Numbered from the stretch's first letter, positions 1-8,175 are shown. The stretch: DNA of 25,082 bases from Thermoplasmata archaeon (GCA_030042815.1 JASHYY010000104.1:1-25082), one strand, 5' to 3'. A program made the numbers and translations. The notes: a model not told the origin generated them from the letters alone.

Positions 1-234
1 AGCTTCCTCCGGCAGTTGATGCTCTACGGCTTCGAGAAGGCGAGCGCGGACCCCGCGGGATTCCTCCGCGAGGTCCGGGACGTCCACGACCCGCTGTTCG
101 GCAAGCGCGGCCGGTCGGAGGCGGGGTCGGACCGACGCGAGTCGTTGCTGGTCGCCTGGCAGGGATTCTTCCCCTCGCCGACCCCGGCCCCGACCCGACG
201 CCGACGCGCGGCGAAGGGCGAGGACGGGGCGTAG
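1..234 (+). CDS. 3' end of a hypothetical protein (5'-truncated by the window edge)
   Basis: Frame 1 is open from base 1 (SFLRQLMLYGFEKASADPAGFLREVRDVHDPLFG...) to TAG at 232-234 with host-like codon usage. No family recognised. Confidence 0.6.
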   Translation, partial: SFLRQLMLYGFEKASADPAGFLREVRDVHDPLFGKRGRSEAGSDRRESLLVAWQGFFPSPTPAPTRRRRAAKGEDGA

Positions 235-261
235 CCGCCGAGGGAGACCGGCCGTACCCCC

Positions 262-2136
262 ATGCCGCGCACGGTCGACCGGCTCGACGGGCTCGCGCTC
301 CTCGGCCGCGCGACGGTCGGCCCCGTACCCCTCGCCCCGCCCACGCTCCTGCGGAGCCGGCCCCCCGAGGCCGGGGAGGACGGGGTCTTCCTCACGGACC
401 GGCCGGCTCCGGCGGGGACGCGCCGCCTCGTCGTCTCGAACGGCCCCGCCTCCGTCGAGCTCCGGGTCCCCGTGCTCGCGCCCGAGGTCACCGGGACCGA
501 GCCGGGGGTGCACCCCGCGGGCGATCGGGCCTGGCTCCTCCACGCGCCGTTCGCTCGGGAGGCCGCGGCGGGCCTGCGCGCGGAACGCCCGGAGCTCGTC
601 GTGCTCGGGAACGCCCGGGCGCTCTGGAACGAGGGGCTTCCGTTCGTCCGGGCGCTCGGCGACGTGCGCGCGGCCGTCGGGGCCGCCCCGCTGCTCTGGG
701 CGCCCCGCGTCGCGCTGCCCCACCGGGTCCCGCTGCTCGTCTACCTCGGCGTCGACCTCCTCGACACGACGGAGGGGATGCTGCGGACCGCGCAGGGCGA
801 GTTCCTCGACCGGACGCTCGGGAAGCTCCCCCGCGACGACGTCCGGGCCGAAGCGGCGTGCGACTGCCCCTCGTGCCGGAGCACGCCCGCCGGCCCGCTC
901 GACCGCCATGCCGAATGGGCGTACGAGCGCGCGATCGCCGAGGCCCGGGCCGCGCTGCGCGCCGGCCGCCTGCGGGAACTCGTGGAGGCCCGCCTCCCCG
1001 CCGAGCCGGCGCTCGCGGAGTTGCTTCGCTACGCCGACCGCGACCTCGCCGGTCCCCTCGAGGAACGGGTGCCGGTCGTGGGGTCCGACCGCCGGGACTA
1101 CGTCCTCGCGGAGGCGCACCGTCGGCCCGAGATGACCCGGTTCCGCGCCCGGCTCCTCGAGCGGTACCGGCCTCCCCCGTCGAAGCGCGTCCTCTGGCTC
1201 GTCCCCTGTTCGAAGACGAAGCCGTACCGGCGCTCGCGCTCCCACCGTCGGTTCCTGAGCGCCCTCGAGGGGCTCGCCGGCGCCGAGCGGGTCCATGTCG
1301 TCTCGGTCAGCTCCCCGCTCGGCCTCGTCCCGCAGGAACTCGAGGACGTCGCGCCGGCCCGGCAGTACGACATTCCCGTGACGGGCGACTGGAGCGAGCC
1401 CGAGCGCGACGCCGTTCGGGAGGGCCTCGCGCACCTGCGTCGCCACGGGGCGTACGGCGCGGTCGTCGTCCACCTCGACCCCGAGGAGTATCGGTTCCTC
1501 GCCGCGGACCTTCCGTCCGGCCCGGACGTCGTCTGGACGGTGCCCGACGGCCGGACCACCGCCCCGGAGGCCCTGCGGCGGCTCCGCGAGGCGACCGGCG
1601 ACGGCCTCCGGGGCTCCGGCCCGGTGCCCGGCGGACCGCTCGCGGTCGTGCGCGAGGAGCTGCGGGAGGTCGCGAGCGTGCAGTTCGGCCGGGCCGCGGC
1701 GGAGGCCCTGTTCCGGCCTCCGCTGCGACTCGCGGGACGCCCGTGGTTCCAGCGGCTCACCGACGGGAAGACCGACCTCGCCACCCTGCGCGAGGAGCGC
1801 GGACTCTTCCACCTCACGGTCGCCGGGGCCCGGCGGCTCGGCCCGGCGCACCCGCTCGCGGTCGAGGTCGACCCCGCCCTGCCCCTCACGGGGGACCTCT
1901 TCGTGCCCGGCGTCCGCTCGGCCGACCCGGCGATCCGGGCCGGGGACTCGGTCGTTCTCCGACGGGACGGACGGCTCGCCGGGGTCGGCGAGGCGGTTCT
2001 CCCCGGGCCGCTCCTCACCGACCTCGAACGCGGGCTCGCGGTGCGCGTCCGTCACCGGGAGCACGCCGGGACCGACACGGCCATGACCGAGCAGCGGTCT
2101 CTCCCGGCGGACGACGGGCCGGTAGTCCAGCGGTGA
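262..2136 (+). CDS. arcS: Archaeosine synthase subunit alpha (ArcS/TgtA2): degenerate TGT barrel, ArcS core and C-terminal PUA domain
   Basis: Zn site CDCPSC...H, ArcS-typical LVPCSKTKPY-x-x-S-x-SH and VSSPLGLVPQELE motifs, and PUA-like GDLFVPGVRSADPAIRAGDSV. Confidence 0.9.
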   Translation: MPRTVDRLDGLALLGRATVGPVPLAPPTLLRSRPPEAGEDGVFLTDRPAPAGTRRLVVSNGPASVELRVPVLAPEVTGTEPGVHPAGDRAWLLHAPFAREAAAGLRAERPELVVLGNARALWNEGLPFVRALGDVRAAVGAAPLLWAPRVALPHRVPLLVYLGVDLLDTTEGMLRTAQGEFLDRTLGKLPRDDVRAEAACDCPSCRSTPAGPLDRHAEWAYERAIAEARAALRAGRLRELVEARLPAEPALAELLRYADRDLAGPLEERVPVVGSDRRDYVLAEAHRRPEMTRFRARLLERYRPPPSKRVLWLVPCSKTKPYRRSRSHRRFLSALEGLAGAERVHVVSVSSPLGLVPQELEDVAPARQYDIPVTGDWSEPERDAVREGLAHLRRHGAYGAVVVHLDPEEYRFLAADLPSGPDVVWTVPDGRTTAPEALRRLREATGDGLRGSGPVPGGPLAVVREELREVASVQFGRAAAEALFRPPLRLAGRPWFQRLTDGKTDLATLREERGLFHLTVAGARRLGPAHPLAVEVDPALPLTGDLFVPGVRSADPAIRAGDSVVLRRDGRLAGVGEAVLPGPLLTDLERGLAVRVRHREHAGTDTAMTEQRSLPADDGPVVQR

Positions 2137-2188
2137 AGACGTCGCGCTTACAACGCGGAGATCGGCGGTTCGAATCCGTCCCGGCCCA
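2116..2188 (+). tRNA. tRNA-Val (anticodon TAC), no encoded CCA, no intron
   Basis: Acceptor stem GGGCCGG/CCGGCCC plus discriminator A, D arm GTC..GAC with GG, anticodon stem TCGCG/CGCGG with loop CTTACAA (TAC at 2149-2151), T arm GGCGG-TTCGAAT-CCGTC. Confidence 0.96.
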
Positions 2189-2201
2189 TCCGTCCCGCCC
2201 T

Positions 2202-2237
2202 CCGGAGATGCGGTAGCTTACGGAGTCGCATTTCCGG
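2202..2237 (+). terminator. Stem-loop downstream of tRNA-Val (possible terminator or processing hairpin)
   Basis: CCGGAGATGCG (2202-2212) pairs with CGCATTTCCGG (2227-2237): 11 bp with one G-U. No clear U tract follows. Confidence 0.35.
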
Positions 2238-2246
2238 CCGGAACAT

Positions 2247-2260
2247 GGGTAATTATACCC
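2247..2260 (+). promoter_or_regulatory. TATA-like element (TAATTATA) inside a GGGTA-N4-TACCC inverted repeat; likely promoter of the glycosyltransferase-mscS operon
   Basis: Strongest AT-rich patch between the tRNA and ATG 2406, flanked by a 5-bp perfect inverted repeat. Confidence 0.55.
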
Positions 2261-2282
2261 CCCGGCGGTCCGAAACTCAACA

Positions 2283-2405
2283 CTCCGAGCACCCCGGAGG
2301 AGAACGGCCGATAGGTCGGAGACGGACGGAGACGAAACTTCTCCTCTACCGCCCCGACTGGGCGGCCGGCCTTTCGGCCCGGTCTCCGACGGGGGGAGGA
2401 ATCTC
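2283..2405 (+). promoter_or_regulatory. Candidate structured 5' leader ending in a GGAGG Shine-Dalgarno
   Basis: Helices 2297-2304/2339-2346 (8 bp), 2315-2323/2382-2390 (9 bp) and 2349-2354/2360-2365 (6 bp). GGAGG at 2395-2399 lies 6 nt before the ATG. Confidence 0.4.
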
Positions 2406-3779
2406 ATGGAAGCGTTGAGCGTCTGCCTGAACACCCAGACCCCGCTCTTCCAGTTCGCCCCCGGGCCGGACGGCGCGATCCCCCCGTGGACGGAACGGAC
2501 CGCGCTCTCGGAGCTCGAGGAGGGCGTCGACTACCGGTTCTCCCCGGGTGGCGTCACGCGGATGGTCTACGCGCTCGCCCGCCGACTCGTCGCGGACGGA
2601 GTGTGGAAGGACGTCCACTGGGTCTCGCTCAACCCGCACGCTCCCGAGACCGTCCGGCTGCCCGGGATCACGCTCCACAACGTCTCGATCGAGCCGGACC
2701 GGATGGACGGTTACGGCAAGGTCAAGGAGACGATCTGGACGACGGCCCACGGAATCCGGGGACCGCGCCTCTCGCGCGACCTGTTCTGGACGGACGACTA
2801 CGGCGAGTACACCTTCTACAACCGGACGACCGCCGAGCGGATCCGCGCCCTGGACGCGCGGCACGACTTCGACCTGTTCTACGTCCACGACTTCCAGCAG
2901 CTGCCGATCGGCCACATGCTCGGGACGATCAAGCCGAAGATCTTCCGCTGGCACCTCCCGTTCGACCCGGGGGCGTTCCCCGACCCTTGGCGCCCGCGGA
3001 TGGAGACCTACCTCGACGCCTACGACGTGGTCGTCGTCAGCACGGACCGGTACCGGGAGGCGCTCGAGCGGTTCGGCCACCGCGGCCGCGTCGAGCGAAT
3101 CTACCCGTACGTGGACCCCGAGGAGTACCGGGTCCCGCCTCCGGAGGAGGTCGAAGCCTTCGCCGCCGCGCGCGGCCTCGGCCCGGACGACCGGGTCGTG
3201 CTCGTTGTGGGGCGCATGGACCCGGCGAAACGGCAGGACCGGGTCGTCCGAGCGACCGCACGGCTCGCCCGCCAGCACCCGCACCTGAAGCTCGTCCTCG
3301 TCGGGAACGGCAGCTTCTCGAGCTCCCCCTCCGGCGTAGGCCTATCGAAGGGTCCGGCGTGGAGGCACGAGCTCGAGGAGCTCGCACGCACCCTCGGCGT
3401 CGCCGACCGGGTCGTCTTCACCGGCCACGTCTCCCGGGCCGAGCTGGACGCGCTCTACGAGCGGTCCGCGTTCTCCGTCCTCCCGTCGTCGGTCGAGGGG
3501 TTCGGGCTCGTCGTGGTGGAGAGCTGGCTGCACCGCCGACCGACCCTCGTCGCCGACCGCGCCGGGGTCGCGGAGGTCGTACGGGATGGGGAGAACGGAC
3601 GACTCTTCGACCCGGACGACGAGGTCGGCCTCCTCCGGGCGATGGGCGAGCTCCTCCGCGCGCCGGAAGAGCGGCGCGAGGCGCTCGGGGAGGCCGGCTA
3701 CCGCACGGCGCGCCTCTGCTCGCTCGACGCCGCCGCAAGGAGCGAGACGCGGCTCGTGCATCGGGTGGCGGAGGCGTAG
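2406..3779 (+). CDS. GT-B family 4 glycosyltransferase (TreT/trehalose synthase-like)
   Basis: FYVHDFQQLP, VGRMDPAKRQD and EGFGLVVVESW (GT4 E-x7-E motif), preceded by an SD. Confidence 0.85.
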   Translation: MEALSVCLNTQTPLFQFAPGPDGAIPPWTERTALSELEEGVDYRFSPGGVTRMVYALARRLVADGVWKDVHWVSLNPHAPETVRLPGITLHNVSIEPDRMDGYGKVKETIWTTAHGIRGPRLSRDLFWTDDYGEYTFYNRTTAERIRALDARHDFDLFYVHDFQQLPIGHMLGTIKPKIFRWHLPFDPGAFPDPWRPRMETYLDAYDVVVVSTDRYREALERFGHRGRVERIYPYVDPEEYRVPPPEEVEAFAAARGLGPDDRVVLVVGRMDPAKRQDRVVRATARLARQHPHLKLVLVGNGSFSSSPSGVGLSKGPAWRHELEELARTLGVADRVVFTGHVSRAELDALYERSAFSVLPSSVEGFGLVVVESWLHRRPTLVADRAGVAEVVRDGENGRLFDPDDEVGLLRAMGELLRAPEERREALGEAGYRTARLCSLDAAARSETRLVHRVAEA

Positions 3780-4580
3780 ATGTACTCGGTCCCGGCGATG
3801 TTCTGGCCGTACATCGACTTCGGGGTCACGATCGCCGTCACCGCCCTCATCGGCTACCTCTCGAGCCTCGTGATCTGGGGCCTGATGCGGCGGGCGAACC
3901 CGCAGGTGACGGCGGCCGCGCAGCGGCTCGGCCTCGGGGTCGTCTGGCTCGTCGGGACCGTCATCGCGGTCCAGGAGCTCGGCGTCGGGGTCGACGTCCT
4001 CCTGGTCGTCATCGGCCTGCTCGGCCTCGCGGCGATCGTGGCGCTCCGGCAGCCGCTCGAGAACTTCGGCGCGAAGTACTTCACCGACGTCTACTCGCCG
4101 TTCAAGGTCGGCGACACGATCCGCGTCGGGGACCAGTCGGGGAAGGTGATCGAGGTCAACGCGATGAGCACGGTCCTGCTCACCGAGAACGACCTCCTGG
4201 TCGCCCTGCCGAACTCGCGCTTCCTGCGCGAGGCGGTGGTGAACCTGACCCCGCAGGCGTGGAAGGAGCTCACGGTACCGATCACCCTGCCGGGGTCGGT
4301 CGACCTGGCGACGTTCGAGAGCGCCATGGTGAAGGCCCTCTCGAAGCTCCGCACGCGCCTCGACCGCCGCTACCCGCCGGTCTTCACGACGAAGTCCCGC
4401 TCCGCCCAGTCGACCGATCTTCTGCTGACACTGATGGTCCGCCGTCCCGAGGACCGGGAGCCGGTGCTGATCGAGGCGAACCTTCGGCTGACCGAAGTGA
4501 TCGAGCGCTCGCGCGGCGCGGCGGCCCGCCCGGTGCCCCCGCCGGAGGCCGACGAGCAGCCGTCGACGGCGGGTCGGTGA
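3780..4580 (+). CDS. mscS: Small-conductance mechanosensitive channel (MscS family)
   Basis: Three N-terminal hydrophobic helices, then PFKVGDTIRV-x5-GKVIEV-x-AMST and LPNS, typical of the MscS beta domain. The ATG directly follows the upstream TAG. Confidence 0.85.
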   Translation: MYSVPAMFWPYIDFGVTIAVTALIGYLSSLVIWGLMRRANPQVTAAAQRLGLGVVWLVGTVIAVQELGVGVDVLLVVIGLLGLAAIVALRQPLENFGAKYFTDVYSPFKVGDTIRVGDQSGKVIEVNAMSTVLLTENDLLVALPNSRFLREAVVNLTPQAWKELTVPITLPGSVDLATFESAMVKALSKLRTRLDRRYPPVFTTKSRSAQSTDLLLTLMVRRPEDREPVLIEANLRLTEVIERSRGAAARPVPPPEADEQPSTAGR

Positions 4581-4735
4581 ACGGTCCGCCGGCGACCCCC
4601 CGCTAGGACCTGCCCCCGCACCGGGGAGGCGTTGGGAGCCGGGCTCCTTCCGCGCGTTCCGGTCCGTGCGCGCGGCGTCACCGGGGCGGCGTGCCCCTTT
4701 TGAAGGGCGGGTCTCTCGCCTGCCGCGCACGCGCC

Positions 4736-5746
4736 ATGGACCTCTTCACGCACGTCCTGATCGCCTACCTGATCTCGTACGCGATCTGGGGCCCAAACCA
4801 CCTCCAGTATGTCGCCGCCGGGGCGCTCGCCGGAGGCCTCCCGGACGGGGACATCCTCCTGTTTCCCCTCGCCCGACGCTTCCCCGCCCTGCGCCATCGC
4901 GGGATCGTGCACACCGTCCTCGGGGTGACCGTCCTCGCGGTGGCGGGGGCGTTCCTCGTTCCCCTCCTCCTCGCGGCGGTCGTCAATCCGGCGTTCGCGG
5001 CGGGCTCGGCGCTCCTCTACTTCGTCGCGATGGAGATCGGCAGCCTCAGCCACCTCGCGCTCGACGGGTTCACGAACTACCCGGTGCGACCCCTCGCCCC
5101 GTTCTCCCAGCGCGAGCTCCACCTCGACGCCGACCGGGCGGTCAACTTCGGCACCCTCGCCTTCACCGCGTTCTCGTTCTGGCTGATGCTCTACGAGATG
5201 GGCCGGGTGCCGATCCCGGTCTGGGAGACGACGGCGTGGCTGCTCCTGGCCGGGTACCTCGGGTACCTCGCCTTCCGCGGGGCCGCCCGATGGCGGGCGG
5301 GGCAGGCGGCGAAACGAGAGGGGTTCACCGCCGTGGCTCCGACCGACCACCCGGGGGTCTTCCTCCTGATCGAAGAGCGCCGCGACGCTCAGGGCGTCCG
5401 CCTGCGCCACGCCGAGTTTCACCTCCTCCGCGGGGTGCGCGCGACCGGCCCAACGCTCGAGTTCCCGTGGTCGGAGCCCTCGCCCGGACCGGTGGCGACC
5501 GAGGAGGACGCCCTCCGCGCCTCGTATCGGCCGGCGCTTGAGCGGGGGCGCATGCTCGAGATGACCTACCACTCCGCGGCGGTCCGCCCCGCGCCGGGAG
5601 GCTGGAAGGTCCTCTGGTACTCCCTCGAGTTCACGATGCTCGGCCGGGCCGCCGCGGTCCTCGCGACCGTCGACCGGACGACCGGCGCGGTCGAGACGAG
5701 GACCGCGTGGACGTCCCCGAGGAAGTTCCTCGCCGATAGCGGGTAG
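4736..5746 (+). CDS. Membrane-bound metal-dependent hydrolase (YbcI/YdjM-like) with C-terminal extension
   Basis: MDLFTH, LPDGD, HRGIVH and SHLALD motifs with several TM segments. TATA-like TTTTGAA at 4698-4704 supports ATG 4736 over 4691. Confidence 0.8.
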   Translation: MDLFTHVLIAYLISYAIWGPNHLQYVAAGALAGGLPDGDILLFPLARRFPALRHRGIVHTVLGVTVLAVAGAFLVPLLLAAVVNPAFAAGSALLYFVAMEIGSLSHLALDGFTNYPVRPLAPFSQRELHLDADRAVNFGTLAFTAFSFWLMLYEMGRVPIPVWETTAWLLLAGYLGYLAFRGAARWRAGQAAKREGFTAVAPTDHPGVFLLIEERRDAQGVRLRHAEFHLLRGVRATGPTLEFPWSEPSPGPVATEEDALRASYRPALERGRMLEMTYHSAAVRPAPGGWKVLWYSLEFTMLGRAAAVLATVDRTTGAVETRTAWTSPRKFLADSG

Positions 5747-5771
5747 GCCGGGCCGCGCGGCCCTCCCATAC

Positions 5772-5812
5772 CTATAGTACTTACTATAGTCTAAATTGAA
5801 ATTCTATATATT
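5772..5812 (+). promoter_or_regulatory. AT-rich promoter/operator of the phoU-like gene
   Basis: Perfect inverted repeat CTATAGTA-CT-TACTATAG (5772-5789), a third CTATA at 5804, and TATA-like TATATA(TT) at 5805-5812, about 25-30 nt before ATG 5835. Confidence 0.65.
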
Positions 5813-5834
5813 GTCACGCGGGCATTCCCTCTCG

Positions 5835-6833
5835 ATGAACCGAAGCGAAACCACCGGCCGAGGGCGACGGTCCCCGCCGGGACCGACCGACCCGTCGGCG
5901 AACTTTGCGGACGGCGACCGGTCGCCGCGGACGCGACCGGGACCGGCCGACCGCGGCCCGACCGCGACGATCCCCGTCCGTCGCGGCGAACCCCCCGAAC
6001 ACCTCTTCCGCCGGCTGCTCGGCGCCTACCTCGCCGGCGCCCGCGAGTTCGTCCTGCTCGAGCGACCGACGATCTCGGGACGCACCCGCGACGTCGTCCG
6101 CACGTTCTGCCGCCGGACGCGCCAGCCCGAGATCATCTCGGACGAGGGGGGACTCCTCCGCCTGCGCGACCTCGCCTACGAAAGCCCGATCCCGCTCGCC
6201 CAGCGCGTCGGCCGCATGGGCCGGATGGTGATCGAGTTCCACCGGGCCGCCGTCGAGAGCTGGGGCCACCTCCCGTTCGGCGAGGACGGCCAGTGGGAGG
6301 CCCGGGACGACGAGATCGACCGGGAGGCCTGGTACCTCCAGCGCCTCGCCGCGATCCAGATCGACGCGGGGACGGACGGCACGCGCGTGCTGGGCCCGTG
6401 GACCGTCGCGCGCAGCCTCGAGCGGGTCGCCGACCACGCGGCGATCCTCGCCGAGGCCGGGCGACGGCTGGTCGACCTGCCCGCCGGGTCGGCGACCGTC
6501 GTCTCCCTGCGCCAGTTCCACGCGCAGGCGATGGAGCACCTCGAGGGTGTCCTCGCCGCGACGGACGAGGGCACCGCGAACGACCTCCTCGACATGGGGG
6601 AGGCGCTCGCCGCCTCGGGCCGCTCCATCGCCGACCGCCTCCTCCCGTCGGCGGGCGGCGGCGCGACCCCGCCGGCGACCGCGGCGGCGGTCGCGCGAAT
6701 CCTCGAGTCGATCGGACGAACGATCGCCTACGCGCAGGACATCGCCCAGGTCGTCCTCGACCGGGCCCTCCCGGTCGCCGTGACGGCCGAGGGCGCCGTC
6801 CCGGTGCGGCCGCCCCTCACCGCGGCGCCGTAG
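5835..6833 (+). CDS. Archaeal PhoU-family phosphate regulator lacking a recognisable N-terminal AbrB domain
   Basis: RRLLGAYLAGAREF (typical of archaeal PhoU regulators), ARDDEIDREAW, RSLERVADHA and ESIGRTIAYAQDIAQ PhoU helical repeats. Confidence 0.75.
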   Translation: MNRSETTGRGRRSPPGPTDPSANFADGDRSPRTRPGPADRGPTATIPVRRGEPPEHLFRRLLGAYLAGAREFVLLERPTISGRTRDVVRTFCRRTRQPEIISDEGGLLRLRDLAYESPIPLAQRVGRMGRMVIEFHRAAVESWGHLPFGEDGQWEARDDEIDREAWYLQRLAAIQIDAGTDGTRVLGPWTVARSLERVADHAAILAEAGRRLVDLPAGSATVVSLRQFHAQAMEHLEGVLAATDEGTANDLLDMGEALAASGRSIADRLLPSAGGGATPPATAAAVARILESIGRTIAYAQDIAQVVLDRALPVAVTAEGAVPVRPPLTAAP

Positions 6834-6908
6834 ACCGGACGGCGAACGGGACCCCGGCGCCGCATCCGTTTTCTGGCCGCGCCGCTGCCCCCGGACCGGT
6901 CGGAACCG

Positions 6909-7445
6909 ATGGCGCGACCGCCCCGCGGGATGCACAACGTCCACATCCTGGTGCTCCGGCACGGTCCGGCCGAGGTGCGGGACCCGTCCCGGTGGCCCGA
7001 CGACGACCGGCGGCCGCTCTCGGAGAAGGGCCGCGCCCAGACGCGGCGGTCGGTGCGGGGCGTCGCCCGCCTCCTCCACTCGCTCGACCGGATCGCCACG
7101 AGTCCGGCCGACCGGGCCCTCGCGACGGCCGAGATCCTGCGGGACGCGGCCGCGCCGGCGCTCGAGGTCGACCAGTGGAGCGAGCTCGCGTCGGGCCGGC
7201 TCGCGGCCCCGATCTTCGAACGGCTCGGGCGGACCGGCCGCAGCGGCGAGACGGTCGCGCTGGTCGGCCACGACCCGACGCTCACCGAGTTCGTGGGGCT
7301 CGCGCTCACCGGAGAGGGGGTCACGCTCGTCCGTCTCGGCAAAGGCGGAGCCGCGCTCCTCGAGTTTCCGGCGGCCGTCGGCCCCGGGGCCGCGCGGCTG
7401 CTCTGGCTGCTCACGCGGAAGCAGCTTTCCGACGTCCGCGGCTGA
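6909..7445 (+). CDS. sixA: SixA-type phosphohistidine phosphatase (histidine phosphatase superfamily); alternative start at 6930
   Basis: LRHGPAE, DDDRRPLSEKGR, TSPADRALATA, LVGHDP and KGGAA motifs. Confidence 0.85.
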   Translation: MARPPRGMHNVHILVLRHGPAEVRDPSRWPDDDRRPLSEKGRAQTRRSVRGVARLLHSLDRIATSPADRALATAEILRDAAAPALEVDQWSELASGRLAAPIFERLGRTGRSGETVALVGHDPTLTEFVGLALTGEGVTLVRLGKGGAALLEFPAAVGPGAARLLWLLTRKQLSDVRG

Positions 7446-8175
7446 CGGGCGGGCGTCCCGCCCCGTCCGGGGTCGAGGGCGGAGAGGGCTCGGCCCCGTA
7501 GAGCGGTGCCAGGCGCCGCTGCACGTCGGCGTGGACCTGCTCCGGGGCCCGGTTCGCGTCGATCCGCTGGAACCCGTACTCGGCGGCGAGCCAGTCGAAC
7601 TCGTGCGAGAGCTTCTCCTGGTAGAGGAAGAAGCTCTCGAAGAGGTCGCGGGAGAGGCAGAGGTCCATCCCCGACTCCCAGTAGTCGAGCGAGCCGTACT
7701 TCGCGATCGCCCGGTGGAGCAGGATCTCCGGCCGCGCGTCCAGGAAGACGACCACGTCGGGCCGCAGCGCGAAGCCGTAGAGCTCGCGCGCCCACTCCCG
7801 CGAGGCGCCCCGGACGACGGCCCGGGCCATGAGCGTGTAGACGTAGCGGTCGGCGAGGACGGTCGAGCCCGCGGTGAGCGCCGGGACGATCTTGTTTTCG
7901 AGCTGGTCGGCGAAGTCGACGGAGTAGAGGAGCGCCATCGTCGTCGCGCCGAGCGTGTGGCCCTGCTTCGCCCGGTCGATCTCCGCGCTCACGAGGTCGG
8001 AGCGGCGGAGCCCGGTGTCGACGACCGCGTGGCCCTGGACCTCGAGCCACTCCTTGAGGAGGGCGACCTCCGTCGTCCGTCCCGAGCCGTCCGCGCCCTC
8101 GATGACGACCAGCTTTCCGGTGAGCGGCTCGCTCGGCATCCCGGGCAGGCGCGTCCCGTACGTCCTATCCGTCAT
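7411..8175 (-). CDS. Thymidylate-kinase-fold protein with degenerate P-loop; putative regulatory subunit of a heteromeric polyphosphate kinase (rPPK3)
   Basis: EGADGSGRTT (Walker A Lys to Arg), LADRY and YWESGMD. Start overlaps the upstream paralog's stop by 11 nt. Confidence 0.7.
   Translation of the reverse strand: MTDRTYGTRLPGMPSEPLTGKLVVIEGADGSGRTTEVALLKEWLEVQGHAVVDTGLRRSDLVSAEIDRAKQGHTLGATTMALLYSVDFADQLENKIVPALTAGSTVLADRYVYTLMARAVVRGASREWARELYGFALRPDVVVFLDARPEILLHRAIAKYGSLDYWESGMDLCLSRDLFESFFLYQEKLSHEFDWLAAEYGFQRIDANRAPEQVHADVQRRLAPLYGAEPSPPSTPDGAGRPPVSRGRRKAASA

Noticed and set aside
2116-2260. tRNA-Val as an integration site for a genomic island
   Set aside because: No integrase, no repeat of the tRNA 3' end seen in the window, and no compositional shift.
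2297-2346. Hammerhead-ribozyme resemblance (CCGATAG-GTC...GAC-GAAAC)
   Set aside because: The core differs from CUGAnGA at three positions including G8/A9, there is no NUH cleavage triplet, and stem I is missing.
2297-2390. HDV-like ribozyme, suggested by the crossing helices
   Set aside because: No P3/L3 pyrimidine loop, P1.1 or catalytic C-containing J4/2 could be placed.
5811-5817. Bacterial Pho box half-site (TTGTCAC)
   Set aside because: Only one half-site with no 11-bp repeat, and no PhoB/PhoR in view in an archaeal context.
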